39,937 nt of DNA, from the NCBI GenBank assembly GCA_016206815.1, contig JACQQT010000031.1:1-39937 (forward strand), written 5' to 3'. The translations under genes were made by a program, and so were the position numbers. A model generated the notes under the pieces. That model saw only the letters and a list, made by a program, of their open reading frames with translations. It made no database searches and was not told the DNA's origin. Shown here one piece after another: positions 17,817 to 26,249 of this stretch; the first letter of the stretch is position 1, and every line of letters begins with the position of its first letter. The stretch is from Candidatus Omnitrophota bacterium. GTDB lineage: Bacteria > Omnitrophota > Omnitrophia > Omnitrophales > Danuiimicrobiaceae.

Positions 17817-18215
17817 ATGGAAATCACGGAAGTTCGGATTTTCAAGAAGGAAGACGACGACAAGAAATTGCGTGCTTTTGCGACCGTCACTTTTGATCAT
17901 TGTTTTGTGGTGAGGGATATCAAGGTGATTGACGGAAGCAAAGGCTGTTTTGTAGCCATGCCGTCTCGGCGAGTCAAGGAGCCGTGTCCCAGGTGCCGGT
18001 ACCGGAATGTCATTCGCAGTCGTTATTGCAATCAATGCGGCGCTCGCTTGGAAGAAATTCACAGCCAGAAAGAAAAAGCCGGCAAAGGGAATGAAACGCC
18101 CGATCCTCGCATGCGGCAGAATGAGCATCGGGATATCGCGCACCCAATTACCGCTGAATTTCGGGACGCGATTCAAAAAGCGGTTTTAAACGCGTACGAA
18201 AAAGAAAAAGCGTAA
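17817..18215 (+). CDS. spoVG: SpoVG family protein with an internal zinc-ribbon insertion
   Basis: MEITEVRI...FATVTFDHCFVVRDIKVIDGSKGCFVAMPSRR and RDIAHPI match SpoVG. About 50 aa inserted between them contain CPRC-X10-CNQC. Confidence 0.85.
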   Translation: MEITEVRIFKKEDDDKKLRAFATVTFDHCFVVRDIKVIDGSKGCFVAMPSRRVKEPCPRCRYRNVIRSRYCNQCGARLEEIHSQKEKAGKGNETPDPRMRQNEHRDIAHPITAEFRDAIQKAVLNAYEKEKA

Positions 18216-18299
18216 GGTTTCATCCAATCCTATCCTGCATTTCCAGAACGCAGATCTTTTTTTGTTGGGGGCAGTGTCTGACGAATCAAGATGGATCAA

Positions 18300-18370
18300 T
18301 GCCCGGTGGTGAAATGGTATCACACTGCCCTTTGGAGGCAAGATTCCTGGTTCGAGTCCAGGCCGGGCAG
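18300..18370 (+). tRNA. tRNA-Gln (anticodon UUG)
   Basis: Hand-folded cloverleaf: acceptor TGCCCGG/CCGGGCA (U1:A72), D arm GTGA-AATGGTA-TCAC, anticodon arm CTGCC-CTTTGGA-GGCAA (one C:A mismatch at the top), 4-nt variable loop, T arm CCTGG-TTCGAGT-CCAGG. No encoded CCA. Confidence 0.85.
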
Positions 18371-18437
18371 CACTCAAATGAAGGCAGCTTTGTTTGAGAA
18401 TTTGATGAAAATCTGAAAGAGAGAGGAAAACAAATTG

Positions 18438-19673
18438 ATGATAGAGCGGTGTTCGTTTTGCGGTCGCGACAGGAGAAGGGAAGTCCGTAGGATTTTTGCC
18501 GGACCAGGTGTTTACATTTGTGACATCTGTGTTCGGACTTGTAATGAGATGATAGTCAAGGAAGCGGGGTTTGAGGCCAAACCTTCCGGCCCCTCTTCGT
18601 TTCAGGTACCGAAGCCGCGTGAAATCAATCAACGGCTGGACCAGTACGTCATTGGGCAAGAACGCGCGAAGAAGCAATTGTCGGTTTCAATCCACAATCA
18701 TTACAAGCGGGTGACGAACCGCAGCGAAGAATCGCAGGTGGAATTGGAAAAAAGCAATATCTTATTGATCGGCCCGACCGGTTCAGGCAAGACGCTGTTG
18801 GCTCGTACGCTCGCCCGTTTGCTGGATGTTCCGTTTGCGATTGCGGATGCCACCAGTTTGACGGAGGCCGGCTATGTAGGTGAGGATGTTGAAAATGTGT
18901 TGCTGCGTCTTCTGCAAGTCGCAAATTTTGACGTCAAACGCGCAGAGCTTGGAATTGTTTACATTGATGAGATCGATAAGATTGCCCGGACGACCGATAA
19001 CGTTTCAATTACGCGAGACGTTTCGGGGGAAGGCGTTCAACAGGCTCTTTTAAAGATTTTAGAGGGAACGACCGCGAACGTTCCGCCGCAGGGCGGGCGC
19101 AAACATCCGCAGCAGGAATACATTCAAATCAACACCCAGAATATTCTGTTTGTGTGCGGGGGAACTTTTTCGCATTTGGATCAGATTGTCGAAAGACGGA
19201 TTGCAGCGAAAGCCATGGGGTTTGGTGTGAAAGTAGAGAAAACCAGTACTTCAGAGGACGTGCTTCAGTATGTCGAAGCCGCAGACCTCTTGAAATACGG
19301 GTTTATTCCGGAGTTTATCGGGCGGTTCCCGGTGATCGGAACCTTGAATGGTTTGAATGAAAGTGATTTGGTTCGCATTCTGACAGAACCCCGCAACGCG
19401 GTCACAAAGCAATATCAACGCTTTTTCGAAATGGAAGGTGTTCGTTTGGAATTTACCCAAGAGGCGCTACAGGCCATTGCGAAGCGCGCGATTAAAAAAG
19501 GAACCGGCGCCCGGGCACTTCGCTCTATTCTCGAAAGCATGATGTTGGATGTGATGTATGAAATTCCGTCCCAGCAGGATGTATCGGTGTGCCGGATTAC
19601 GCCTGATGTCGTAGAAGGCAAAACGGAGCCCGAATTGATTCGAAGGCCGGATTCTGTCAGCAAATCCGCCTAG
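18438..19673 (+). CDS. clpX: ATP-dependent Clp protease ATP-binding subunit ClpX
   Basis: N-terminal C4 zinc domain (CSFCG...CDIC), Walker [18 protein letters not shown]. No clpP adjacent. Confidence 0.95.
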   Translation: MIERCSFCGRDRRREVRRIFAGPGVYICDICVRTCNEMIVKEAGFEAKPSGPSSFQVPKPREINQRLDQYVIGQERAKKQLSVSIHNHYKRVTNRSEESQVELEKSNILLIGPTGSGKTLLARTLARLLDVPFAIADATSLTEAGYVGEDVENVLLRLLQVANFDVKRAELGIVYIDEIDKIARTTDNVSITRDVSGEGVQQALLKILEGTTANVPPQGGRKHPQQEYIQINTQNILFVCGGTFSHLDQIVERRIAAKAMGFGVKVEKTSTSEDVLQYVEAADLLKYGFIPEFIGRFPVIGTLNGLNESDLVRILTEPRNAVTKQYQRFFEMEGVRLEFTQEALQAIAKRAIKKGTGARALRSILESMMLDVMYEIPSQQDVSVCRITPDVVEGKTEPELIRRPDSVSKSA

Positions 19674-19746
19674 TACAGCGTGACAATTCAAATTGTGAAT
19701 GTGTACAGTACCGCGGACACCTCAATTCAAAAGTAACGCGGCACTA
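19670..19746 (+). repeat. 77-bp repeat, copy 1 (R77)
   Basis: Identical at 77/77 positions to 25189-25265, same orientation. Contains the clpX TAG stop at 19671-19673. Confidence 0.95.
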
Positions 19747-19762
19747 ATGTGACGTGAGAGAA

Positions 19763-20698
19763 ATGTTGGCTTCAATCCGAAATAGATTTCAGCTCAGAGA
19801 TTCTACGAAAGAAGCGATTGCCGGCTACGGGTTTTTGTTGCCGAATCTTATCGGTTTCTTGCTGTTTACTTCCTTGCCGGTTTTGGCTTCTTTGGCGTTG
19901 AGTTTCATGCAGGTCGATTTGATTGCGTATCCCAAGGTGTTTGAAATCGTCGGTCTTGAAAATTTTAGAAGGTTATTTTCGGATCCTTACTTTTGGAAGT
20001 ACTGTTGGAATACCGTTGTGTTGATGTTGGCAATTCCGTTTAGCATTGCCGGTTCGTTGATCTTGGCGCTTGCCTTGAATCAGAGATTAAAAGGAGTCGT
20101 TTTTTATCGGACGATTTATTTTTTGCCGACTATCTGTTCCGGCGTTGCGATCTATGTGTTGTGGCGCCTCATTTACAATCCTGATTTTGGCGTTTTGAAT
20201 ACGCTGATTGCAAAACTCGGTCTCTTGCTTCATCTGCCGCTGGAAGGACCGAATTGGCTTCAAGATGAAGCTTGGGCAAAACCCGCTTTGATTATGATGG
20301 CGGTATGGCAAACCGTCGGCGGATACAACATGATTCTCTACTTGGCCGCACTACAAGGGGTCCCGAGGGATCTTTACGAAGCCGCTGAAATTGACGGCGC
20401 AAGCAGTTGGCAAAAATTCTGGGCAGTCACATGGCCGCAAATTTCGCCTACGACTTTTTTCATTGCGACGATGTCGATTATCGGAGGTTTCCAGGGCGGT
20501 TTTGATCAAGCGTACATTATGACCGGCGGAGGACCGAACGGGGCAACGACCACCATCATTTATTACATTTTTAATAATTTCTACGAATGGCAGCGAATGG
20601 GCTATGCAGCGGCGATCTCATGGATTCTTTTCATCGCCATTTTTGTGATTACTCTCATTAAGTGGAGAGCGTTTGGGAGGACGGTTCATTACTATTAA
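19763..20698 (+). CDS. Carbohydrate ABC transporter permease (MalF/UgpA-like)
   Basis: Six-TM permease with EAA loop YEAAEIDGASSWQKFWAVTWPQISP. GTG 19754 is an alternative start. Confidence 0.85.
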   Translation: MLASIRNRFQLRDSTKEAIAGYGFLLPNLIGFLLFTSLPVLASLALSFMQVDLIAYPKVFEIVGLENFRRLFSDPYFWKYCWNTVVLMLAIPFSIAGSLILALALNQRLKGVVFYRTIYFLPTICSGVAIYVLWRLIYNPDFGVLNTLIAKLGLLLHLPLEGPNWLQDEAWAKPALIMMAVWQTVGGYNMILYLAALQGVPRDLYEAAEIDGASSWQKFWAVTWPQISPTTFFIATMSIIGGFQGGFDQAYIMTGGGPNGATTTIIYYIFNNFYEWQRMGYAAAISWILFIAIFVITLIKWRAFGRTVHYY

Positions 20699-20700
20699 CG

Positions 20701-21579
20701 ATGGAAAAGCTGGTAGACGTTAAAAAACTGGTTCGTGAAGCAAAGCAGAGAAATTTCGCCAAGAAAACGGGAACATATCTGTTTGTGATTGCAGGCGCTA
20801 TCTCAATGTTGGCTCCGTTTCTTTGGATGATTTCCACGTCCTTAAAACCGTTGGGCGAGGTGTTTTCTTATCAAAAGCCGTGGTGGCACGACTGGATTCC
20901 GACCTCGTTTGTCTGGAAAAATTATGTGCAGGCTTGGAATGTGGTTCCTTTCGCACGGTTTTATTTGAATTCGATTTTCGTCTGCGCCGCAACCACTTTC
21001 GGGCAGGTGGCAACAAGCGCTTTGGCCGCCTACGCATTTGCGAGGCTGCGGTTTCCGGGCCGTGATAAGATTTTTTTCGCCTATCTGGCAACGATGATGA
21101 TCCCGGGTGCCGTCACGATGATCCCCGTGTTTATTCTGTTGCAGCAGTTGGGTTGGATTGATACGTATAAAGCGGTGATTTTGCCGCCGCTCTTTACGGC
21201 GTACGGGACGTTTATGCTCCGTCAGTTTTTTCTGACGCTGCCCAAAGATTTGGAAGATGCGGCAAAAATGGACGGGTGCAGTTATTTCGGTATTTTCTGG
21301 CGTATTCTTCTGCCGCTTTCGAAGCCGGCGCTGGCTACTTTGACCACATTTACGTTTATGGGCAATTGGATGAGTTTCATGTGGCCGCTGGTGGTGCTTA
21401 ACTCCCATGAGAAGTTTACGCTGCCGGTCGGGTTGGCTTATTTTCAAAGCTTGCATCACACGGACTGGACCTTATTGATGGCAGGTTCTTTGATGATGAT
21501 CCTGCCGATTCTTTTGATTTTTATTTTTAATCAGCGCTATTTTGTGGAAGGTATCAGACTTTCCGGAATTAAAGGATGA
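20701..21579 (+). CDS. Carbohydrate ABC transporter permease (MalG/UgpE-like)
   Basis: EAA loop LEDAAKMDGCSYFGIFWRILLPLSKPAL. ATG 20701 lies 2 nt after the upstream stop. Confidence 0.85.
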   Translation: MEKLVDVKKLVREAKQRNFAKKTGTYLFVIAGAISMLAPFLWMISTSLKPLGEVFSYQKPWWHDWIPTSFVWKNYVQAWNVVPFARFYLNSIFVCAATTFGQVATSALAAYAFARLRFPGRDKIFFAYLATMMIPGAVTMIPVFILLQQLGWIDTYKAVILPPLFTAYGTFMLRQFFLTLPKDLEDAAKMDGCSYFGIFWRILLPLSKPALATLTTFTFMGNWMSFMWPLVVLNSHEKFTLPVGLAYFQSLHHTDWTLLMAGSLMMILPILLIFIFNQRYFVEGIRLSGIKG

Positions 21580-22844
21580 GTGCCAAACGACCGTTGGCCG
21601 CACTGATCCTGGCGGCCGGCCGCGGCGAGCGGATGAACTCGGAAATCCCGAAAGTGCTTCATCAGGCAGCCGGTTTTTCGCTGTTGGAACATGTGGTGGA
21701 CGCCGTTCGGCAGACCGGGATTCGACGTATCGCGGTCGTCGTAGGGCCTTCGCAAGAGAAAGTTCGTTCTTTTGTAAATGGTGTTGACACGGTGGTGCAG
21801 ACGAAGCGCTTGGGCACCGCTCACGCGGTCATGCAAGCACGCAAACAGTTTGGCCGTTGGAAGGGCGGGTTGCTGGTATTGCCGGCTGATGCACCTTGCG
21901 TGAAGCCTGAAACACTTTGTCGGTTCATCAAAACCCATGGAAAAAGTCTTGCTTCGGCCAGCATTTTGACCGCCGAAGTCAATGACCCAAAGGGTTATGG
22001 GCGCGTTCTTCGCCGCGGCGATCAAGTGATTGGGATCCGCGAAGAATTGGATGCAAGCCCGTCGGAACGCCGGATTCGAGAAATTAATTCAGGGATTTAC
22101 TTATTTGATGCGTTGAAGTTGTTTCGGCAGCTTGACAGAATCAAACAAAATCGAAAGAAGAAAGAGTACTACTTAACGGATGTCATCGAGGCGTTTCGAT
22201 CCTCTGGCGAATCGGTCGAGGGGCATCGGGTTCATGATTCAAAAGAATTGCTCGGCGTCAATACGAGAAGGGAACTTTCAGTGGCACATCAGATTTTAAA
22301 TGAACGAGAGTTGGCGCGGCACTCCAAACAGGGTGTGAGTATTCTGGATCCTCAGCAGACGTTTATTGCGAAAGGGGTCACGATCGGGCGTGACACCGTG
22401 ATTCATCCGTTTACTTGGATCGAACGGGGAGTTTCGATCGGCCGCAAGTGTGAAGTGGGACCGTTTGCAAAAATTCGCGGCGGTTCCCAAATCGGAGATG
22501 AAGTGGTGGTGGGAAGTTTCGTGGAGGTGGTTCGCTCCAAAGTGGGTTCCAAGACGTTTGTGAAACATCTCAGTTATTTGGGAGATGCGCAGGTCGGCAA
22601 GAAAGTGAATGTAGGCGCGGGAACCATTACGGCAAATTTTGACGGTCGGCGTAAAAATAAAACCGTGGTTCAAGACAACGTTTTTTTGGGTTGCAATACG
22701 GTTTTAGTGGCGCCCGTGACCGTCGGAAAAGGTGCCAAAACCGGGGCAGGCGCAGTGGTGCGTGCCCGTCATTCGATTCCGGCGGGCAAGACGGCGGTCG
22801 GCATTCCGGCGGTCATTCTGCAGAAAAAAAGAGGGAGAAAATGA
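21576..22844 (+). CDS. glmU: Bifunctional GlcNAc-1-P uridyltransferase / GlcN-1-P acetyltransferase
   Basis: LAAGRGERM nucleotidyltransferase motif, C-terminal hexapeptide-repeat (left-handed beta-helix) region. ATGA overlap with the permease stop. Confidence 0.85.
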   Translation: MSAKRPLAALILAAGRGERMNSEIPKVLHQAAGFSLLEHVVDAVRQTGIRRIAVVVGPSQEKVRSFVNGVDTVVQTKRLGTAHAVMQARKQFGRWKGGLLVLPADAPCVKPETLCRFIKTHGKSLASASILTAEVNDPKGYGRVLRRGDQVIGIREELDASPSERRIREINSGIYLFDALKLFRQLDRIKQNRKKKEYYLTDVIEAFRSSGESVEGHRVHDSKELLGVNTRRELSVAHQILNERELARHSKQGVSILDPQQTFIAKGVTIGRDTVIHPFTWIERGVSIGRKCEVGPFAKIRGGSQIGDEVVVGSFVEVVRSKVGSKTFVKHLSYLGDAQVGKKVNVGAGTITANFDGRRKNKTVVQDNVFLGCNTVLVAPVTVGKGAKTGAGAVVRARHSIPAGKTAVGIPAVILQKKRGRK

Positions 22845-23824
22845 AGAACGGTAAATCTTCCAAGGCAATTCGTAGACAGATTTCAATTTTGACCGGGAAT
22901 TCAAATCCGGGGTTGGCAAAGTCAATTTGCACACATTTGGGGGTGCCTTTAAGTCAGGCCGTGGTCGATCGTTTTCCGGAAGGGGAGATCCACGTTCAAA
23001 TTCAAGACAACATTCGCGGAAAGGACGTTTTTATCATTCAGTCCACCTCATCGCCGCCAAACGATCATCTCATGGAGCTTTTAATCTTGATTGATGCCGC
23101 CAGGCGGGCTTCCGCCTCGCGCGTGACGGCGGTGTTACCCTTTTATGGGTACGCCAGGCAGGACCGAAAAGACAAACCTCGCGTTCCGATTACGGCAAAG
23201 TTGGTTGCGAATCTACTGGTGAGTGCGGGAGCGGATCGGATTCTTGCGTTGGATTTGCATGCCGGTCAAATCCAGGGATTTTTTGACGTTCCCGTGGATC
23301 ATTTGTATTCCATTAACGTGCTGAGCAAGTATTTTTTGAAAAAGAAGCTGAAAAATCTGGCGATCGTTTCACCGGATGTGGGGGGAATTAAATTGGCGCG
23401 CGCTTACTCGAAACTTTTGGATGCGCCGCTTGCCATTGTCGACAAGCGCAGAGAGAGTGCGATGCAAACCAAGGTGATGCACCTGATCGGCGAAGTTCGG
23501 AATCGAAATGTGGTGATCGTGGATGACCTGGTTTCGACCGCGAGTTCTCTCATCGAAGCGGTTCAGGCACTCAAACGAGAGGGCTGCCTGGATGTTTATG
23601 CGGCGATTGTTCATCCTATTCTGGCCGGACCTGCGATTGCACGGATTCAGAAATCCGCAATCAAAGAATTGGTGGTTTCAAATTCAATAGCAATTCCAAA
23701 GGAGAAAATCATTAAGAAAATCAAGGTACTTTCTGTTGCGCCTCTCCTCGGGGAAGCCATCAAGCGAATTCATCAGAATGAATCGGTTAGTTTTTTATTT
23801 CATAAATCCGCAGTCGAAGCATAA
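22841..23824 (+). CDS. prs: Ribose-phosphate pyrophosphokinase
   Basis: FPEGE, YARQDRK, DLHAGQIQGFF, PRPP-binding VIVDDLVSTASS. ATGA overlap with glmU. The upstream ORF extension from 22691 is rejected. Confidence 0.95.
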   Translation: MKNGKSSKAIRRQISILTGNSNPGLAKSICTHLGVPLSQAVVDRFPEGEIHVQIQDNIRGKDVFIIQSTSSPPNDHLMELLILIDAARRASASRVTAVLPFYGYARQDRKDKPRVPITAKLVANLLVSAGADRILALDLHAGQIQGFFDVPVDHLYSINVLSKYFLKKKLKNLAIVSPDVGGIKLARAYSKLLDAPLAIVDKRRESAMQTKVMHLIGEVRNRNVVIVDDLVSTASSLIEAVQALKREGCLDVYAAIVHPILAGPAIARIQKSAIKELVVSNSIAIPKEKIIKKIKVLSVAPLLGEAIKRIHQNESVSFLFHKSAVEA

Positions 23825-23860
23825 GAAGCATTTAAATTCATTGGAGGAAGGGAAGACGAA

Positions 23861-24577
23861 ATGAAGACAGTTCCTTTGAAAGCGAAATATCGTGAACAGA
23901 TCGGAAAACAAGCGGTTAAGAAACTCCGGGCCGATCAACGCGTTCCGGCGGTTGTGTATGGACACGGCAGCAAGGCGGCTCCGATTGAAGTTGGTTTAGA
24001 CGACTTGCTGAAGACGCTCCATACGAAAGCGGGCGAGAACGTGGTGATTCAGTTGTCCGTCGCAGGGCCCAAGGCATTTGAAAAGACAGTCGTTATTAAA
24101 GAAATACAACATAATCCTCTTACGGATGCCATCCGGCATATTGATTTTAATACCATTTCCTTGACGGAAAAGATTAAAGTGAAAGTTCCGCTTCATGTGA
24201 GAGGGGAAGCACCGGGCGTCAAAGAAGGCGGTGTTTTGGACGTGGTCCATCACGAAATTGAAGTCGAATGTCTGCCCACCGACATCCCCGAGCGTTTGGA
24301 TGCCGATATCTCTGTGATGAAGATTGGAGATACGATTCACATTCGGGAAATTACGTTTCCTCCGGGGGTCGTTTCGGAACTTCCGGCGGATGAGGTGGTC
24401 ATCGCGATTCATGTACCGAAAGTTGAAGAAGAGCCGGTACCGGAAGAAGCCCCGGCCGAGCCCGAGGTGATTGGCAAGGAGAAAAAAGAAGAAGGCGAAG
24501 CCGAGGTTGCCCCACCGGCACCAGCCGCCGGCGGTACGGAAGCGAAGAAAGATAAAGCTGCCGAAAAAGGAAAGTAG
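23861..24577 (+). CDS. rplY: 50S ribosomal protein L25 / general stress protein Ctc (long form)
   Basis: GK.AVKKLRADQRVPAVVYG N-terminus, two-domain length, E/P/A/K-rich tail. Confidence 0.9.
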   Translation: MKTVPLKAKYREQIGKQAVKKLRADQRVPAVVYGHGSKAAPIEVGLDDLLKTLHTKAGENVVIQLSVAGPKAFEKTVVIKEIQHNPLTDAIRHIDFNTISLTEKIKVKVPLHVRGEAPGVKEGGVLDVVHHEIEVECLPTDIPERLDADISVMKIGDTIHIREITFPPGVVSELPADEVVIAIHVPKVEEEPVPEEAPAEPEVIGKEKKEEGEAEVAPPAPAAGGTEAKKDKAAEKGK

Positions 24578-24607
24578 AACGATCAGCTCGTTGACTGCGG
24601 GTATCTT

Positions 24608-25171
24608 GTGAAACTGATCATTGGTTTAGGCAATCCCGGAAAGCAATACGAGCGGACCCGGCACAATGTAGGATTTTTAGTTTGTGATGCGTTGGTTCGT
24701 TACGATGAGAACGGGTGGATGAGCGGTCAAGGACCTTTCGAGATCAATCGTTCGCCGTTTCAAAAGCGCTCAGGCGTAGTGATTGTGAAGCCCATGCTTT
24801 TCATGAATGAGAGCGGCCGGGCGGTTAAGGCTGCGCTGGATCAATTTCAGGCTGCCTCAGACCAATGTTTGGTTATAGTTGATGATGTGAACTTGCCCGT
24901 CGGGACGATTCGTTTCCGCAATCAGGGAAGTGCAGGCGGACATCACGGGCTTGAGTCCATCATCGAAGTGTTGGGGACAGCGAATTTCTCAAGGTTGCGT
25001 ATCGGAATCGGCACCACGGATTTGAGCAATCAAGACCTGACTGATTATGTGTTGGACGATTTTTCGGAGAAAGAATGGCAGCTGATCGTTCCGCACATCG
25101 AACGCGCACGCGATGCTTGCTTGGAGTGGATTCGAAGCGACGCGCAAACGGTGATGCAGCGCTACAATTGA
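24608..25171 (+). CDS. pth: Peptidyl-tRNA hydrolase
   Basis: LIIGLGNPGKQYERTRHNVGF signature. GTG start. Confidence 0.9.
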   Translation: MKLIIGLGNPGKQYERTRHNVGFLVCDALVRYDENGWMSGQGPFEINRSPFQKRSGVVIVKPMLFMNESGRAVKAALDQFQAASDQCLVIVDDVNLPVGTIRFRNQGSAGGHHGLESIIEVLGTANFSRLRIGIGTTDLSNQDLTDYVLDDFSEKEWQLIVPHIERARDACLEWIRSDAQTVMQRYN

Positions 25172-25188
25172 CAGATTGATAACCTGTT

Positions 25189-25265
25189 CTAGTACAGCGT
25201 GACAATTCAAATTGTGAATGTGTACAGTACCGCGGACACCTCAATTCAAAAGTAACGCGGCACTA
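25189..25265 (+). repeat. 77-bp repeat, copy 2 (R77)
   Basis: Identical to 19670-19746. Lies between the pth stop (25169-25171) and the rpsF promoter. Confidence 0.95.
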
Positions 25266-25269
25266 GCGA

Positions 25270-25298
25270 TTGTTATTTGATTTAAGTTGTGTTAGAAT
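25270..25298 (+). promoter_or_regulatory. Candidate sigma-70 promoter of the rpsF-ssb-rpsR-rplI(-dnaB) unit
   Basis: TTGTTA (25270-25275), 17-nt spacer ending in TGT (extended -10), TAGAAT (25293-25298). Confidence 0.5.
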
Positions 25299-25368
25299 AG
25301 CGCACTTTTGCCTGAGGGATCCCTGTAATTTATTTGATTAAAAGGACTTAAGAAGGAGGACATTCAAT

Positions 25369-25716
25369 TTGAAGACCTACGAGGCTTTAGTGATTTCCCC
25401 ATCTCAAGCAACTGCTGGTGGGCAGGATGGAAAACAGTTGTTTGAAGAGGCGGTCAAGAAACATACCGGGAAAATTTTAAATCATACCGATTTGGGAAAA
25501 CGCATTCTCGGTTACCCGGTGAAGAAAGTGCGCGAGGGATTTTTGACCTCTTTTACGTTTGAACTTTCTCCGGAGAAAGTAGATTCGCTAAAGGGCGCTC
25601 TTCAATTAGCGGATGGGATTGCTAAATTTACCATCACCCGTTTTATCCAGAAACAGATAACGGCTTCGGCAAAGCGGAAAAAATTGCCGGCAAGCCACGG
25701 CGCAGTTAAAAGGTAA
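25369..25716 (+). CDS. rpsF: 30S ribosomal protein S6
   Basis: MKTYEALVI N-terminus. TTG start 8 nt after GAAGGAGGA. Conserved rpsF-ssb-rpsR-rplI order. Confidence 0.9.
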   Translation: MKTYEALVISPSQATAGGQDGKQLFEEAVKKHTGKILNHTDLGKRILGYPVKKVREGFLTSFTFELSPEKVDSLKGALQLADGIAKFTITRFIQKQITASAKRKKLPASHGAVKR

Positions 25717-25727
25717 AGGATCATTTT

Positions 25728-26198
25728 ATGGCAGCCAGTCTCAACCGGGTTCTTCTCATTGGTAATTTAACGCGCGATCCGGAGCTTCGGTATATCCCTT
25801 CCGGTCAGGCGGTGACCACGTTTACGATCGCCGTCAATCGAACGTACATGGCAGCAGCAGGGGACAAAAAAGAGGAAACGAGCTTTATCCGCGTGGTGGT
25901 TTGGGCCAAGCGAGCGGAGGTTTGCCATGAGTATCTTCGCAAAGGCAGCCCTGTTTTTGTAGAGGGAAGGTTGCAGAGCCGCAGTTGGGACGGGCCCGAC
26001 GGAAGCAAGCGAAGTACCATTGAAGTGGTAGCTCAAAACGTACAGTTCCTGGGACGCGGCGGGAAACAGACCGGATCGCAAGCGGACGTACCCGAACGTG
26101 AAGAGGCTATTATTGACGACTCATTGGAATCCACAAAAGAAAAATCGGTAGGGATTTTAAAAGAGGAGTTACGTCCGGACGAGGAAGTTCCTTTTTGA
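25728..26198 (+). CDS. ssb: Single-stranded DNA-binding protein
   Basis: LNRVLLIGNLTRDPELRY OB-fold N-terminus and acidic C-terminal tip DEEVPF. Confidence 0.95.
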   Translation: MAASLNRVLLIGNLTRDPELRYIPSGQAVTTFTIAVNRTYMAAAGDKKEETSFIRVVVWAKRAEVCHEYLRKGSPVFVEGRLQSRSWDGPDGSKRSTIEVVAQNVQFLGRGGKQTGSQADVPEREEAIIDDSLESTKEKSVGILKEELRPDEEVPF

Positions 26199-26249
26199 CC
26201 TTTTTGACATCAACCATTTAACGTACGAGGGAGAGGCAGTATTCAACCA

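Noticed and set aside
18186-18677. 163-aa minus-strand ORF spanning the spoVG-clpX spacer
   Set aside because: It overlaps the tRNA-Gln gene and the clpX zinc-finger coding region, and its translation has no recognisable features.
19738-19756. Sigma-54-like GGCAC at the 3' end of R77
   Set aside because: The -12 position reads GAC (copy 1) or TTGT at the wrong spacing (copy 2) instead of TTGC. It is not a credible -24/-12 promoter. No good sigma-70 hexamer pair was found in the repeat on either strand.
22691-22840. N-terminal 50-aa extension of the prs ORF
   Set aside because: It lies out-of-frame over the glmU 3' end and is Arg/Gly-rich with no Prs similarity. ATG 22841, in an ATGA overlap with the glmU stop, gives the canonical Prs N-terminus.
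18300-25265. Genomic island integrated at tRNA-Gln and bounded by the R77 repeats
   Set aside because: There is no integrase, no duplication of the tRNA 3' end downstream, and the cargo is core housekeeping (clpX, glmU, prs, rplY, pth). R77 is unrelated to the tRNA sequence.
25315-25324. Perfect 10-bp palindrome AGGGATCCCT in the rpsF leader, as a possible S6:S18 autoregulatory structure
   Set aside because: A loopless palindrome cannot form the hairpin by itself, and I cannot verify the known rpsF leader motif by eye. It needs an Rfam scan.
26190-26207. Tandem 9-bp duplication CCTTTTTGA x2 at the ssb stop codon
   Set aside because: It is real in the sequence but tiny. The second unit is non-coding, and slippage is sufficient to explain it. 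No functional inference is warranted.
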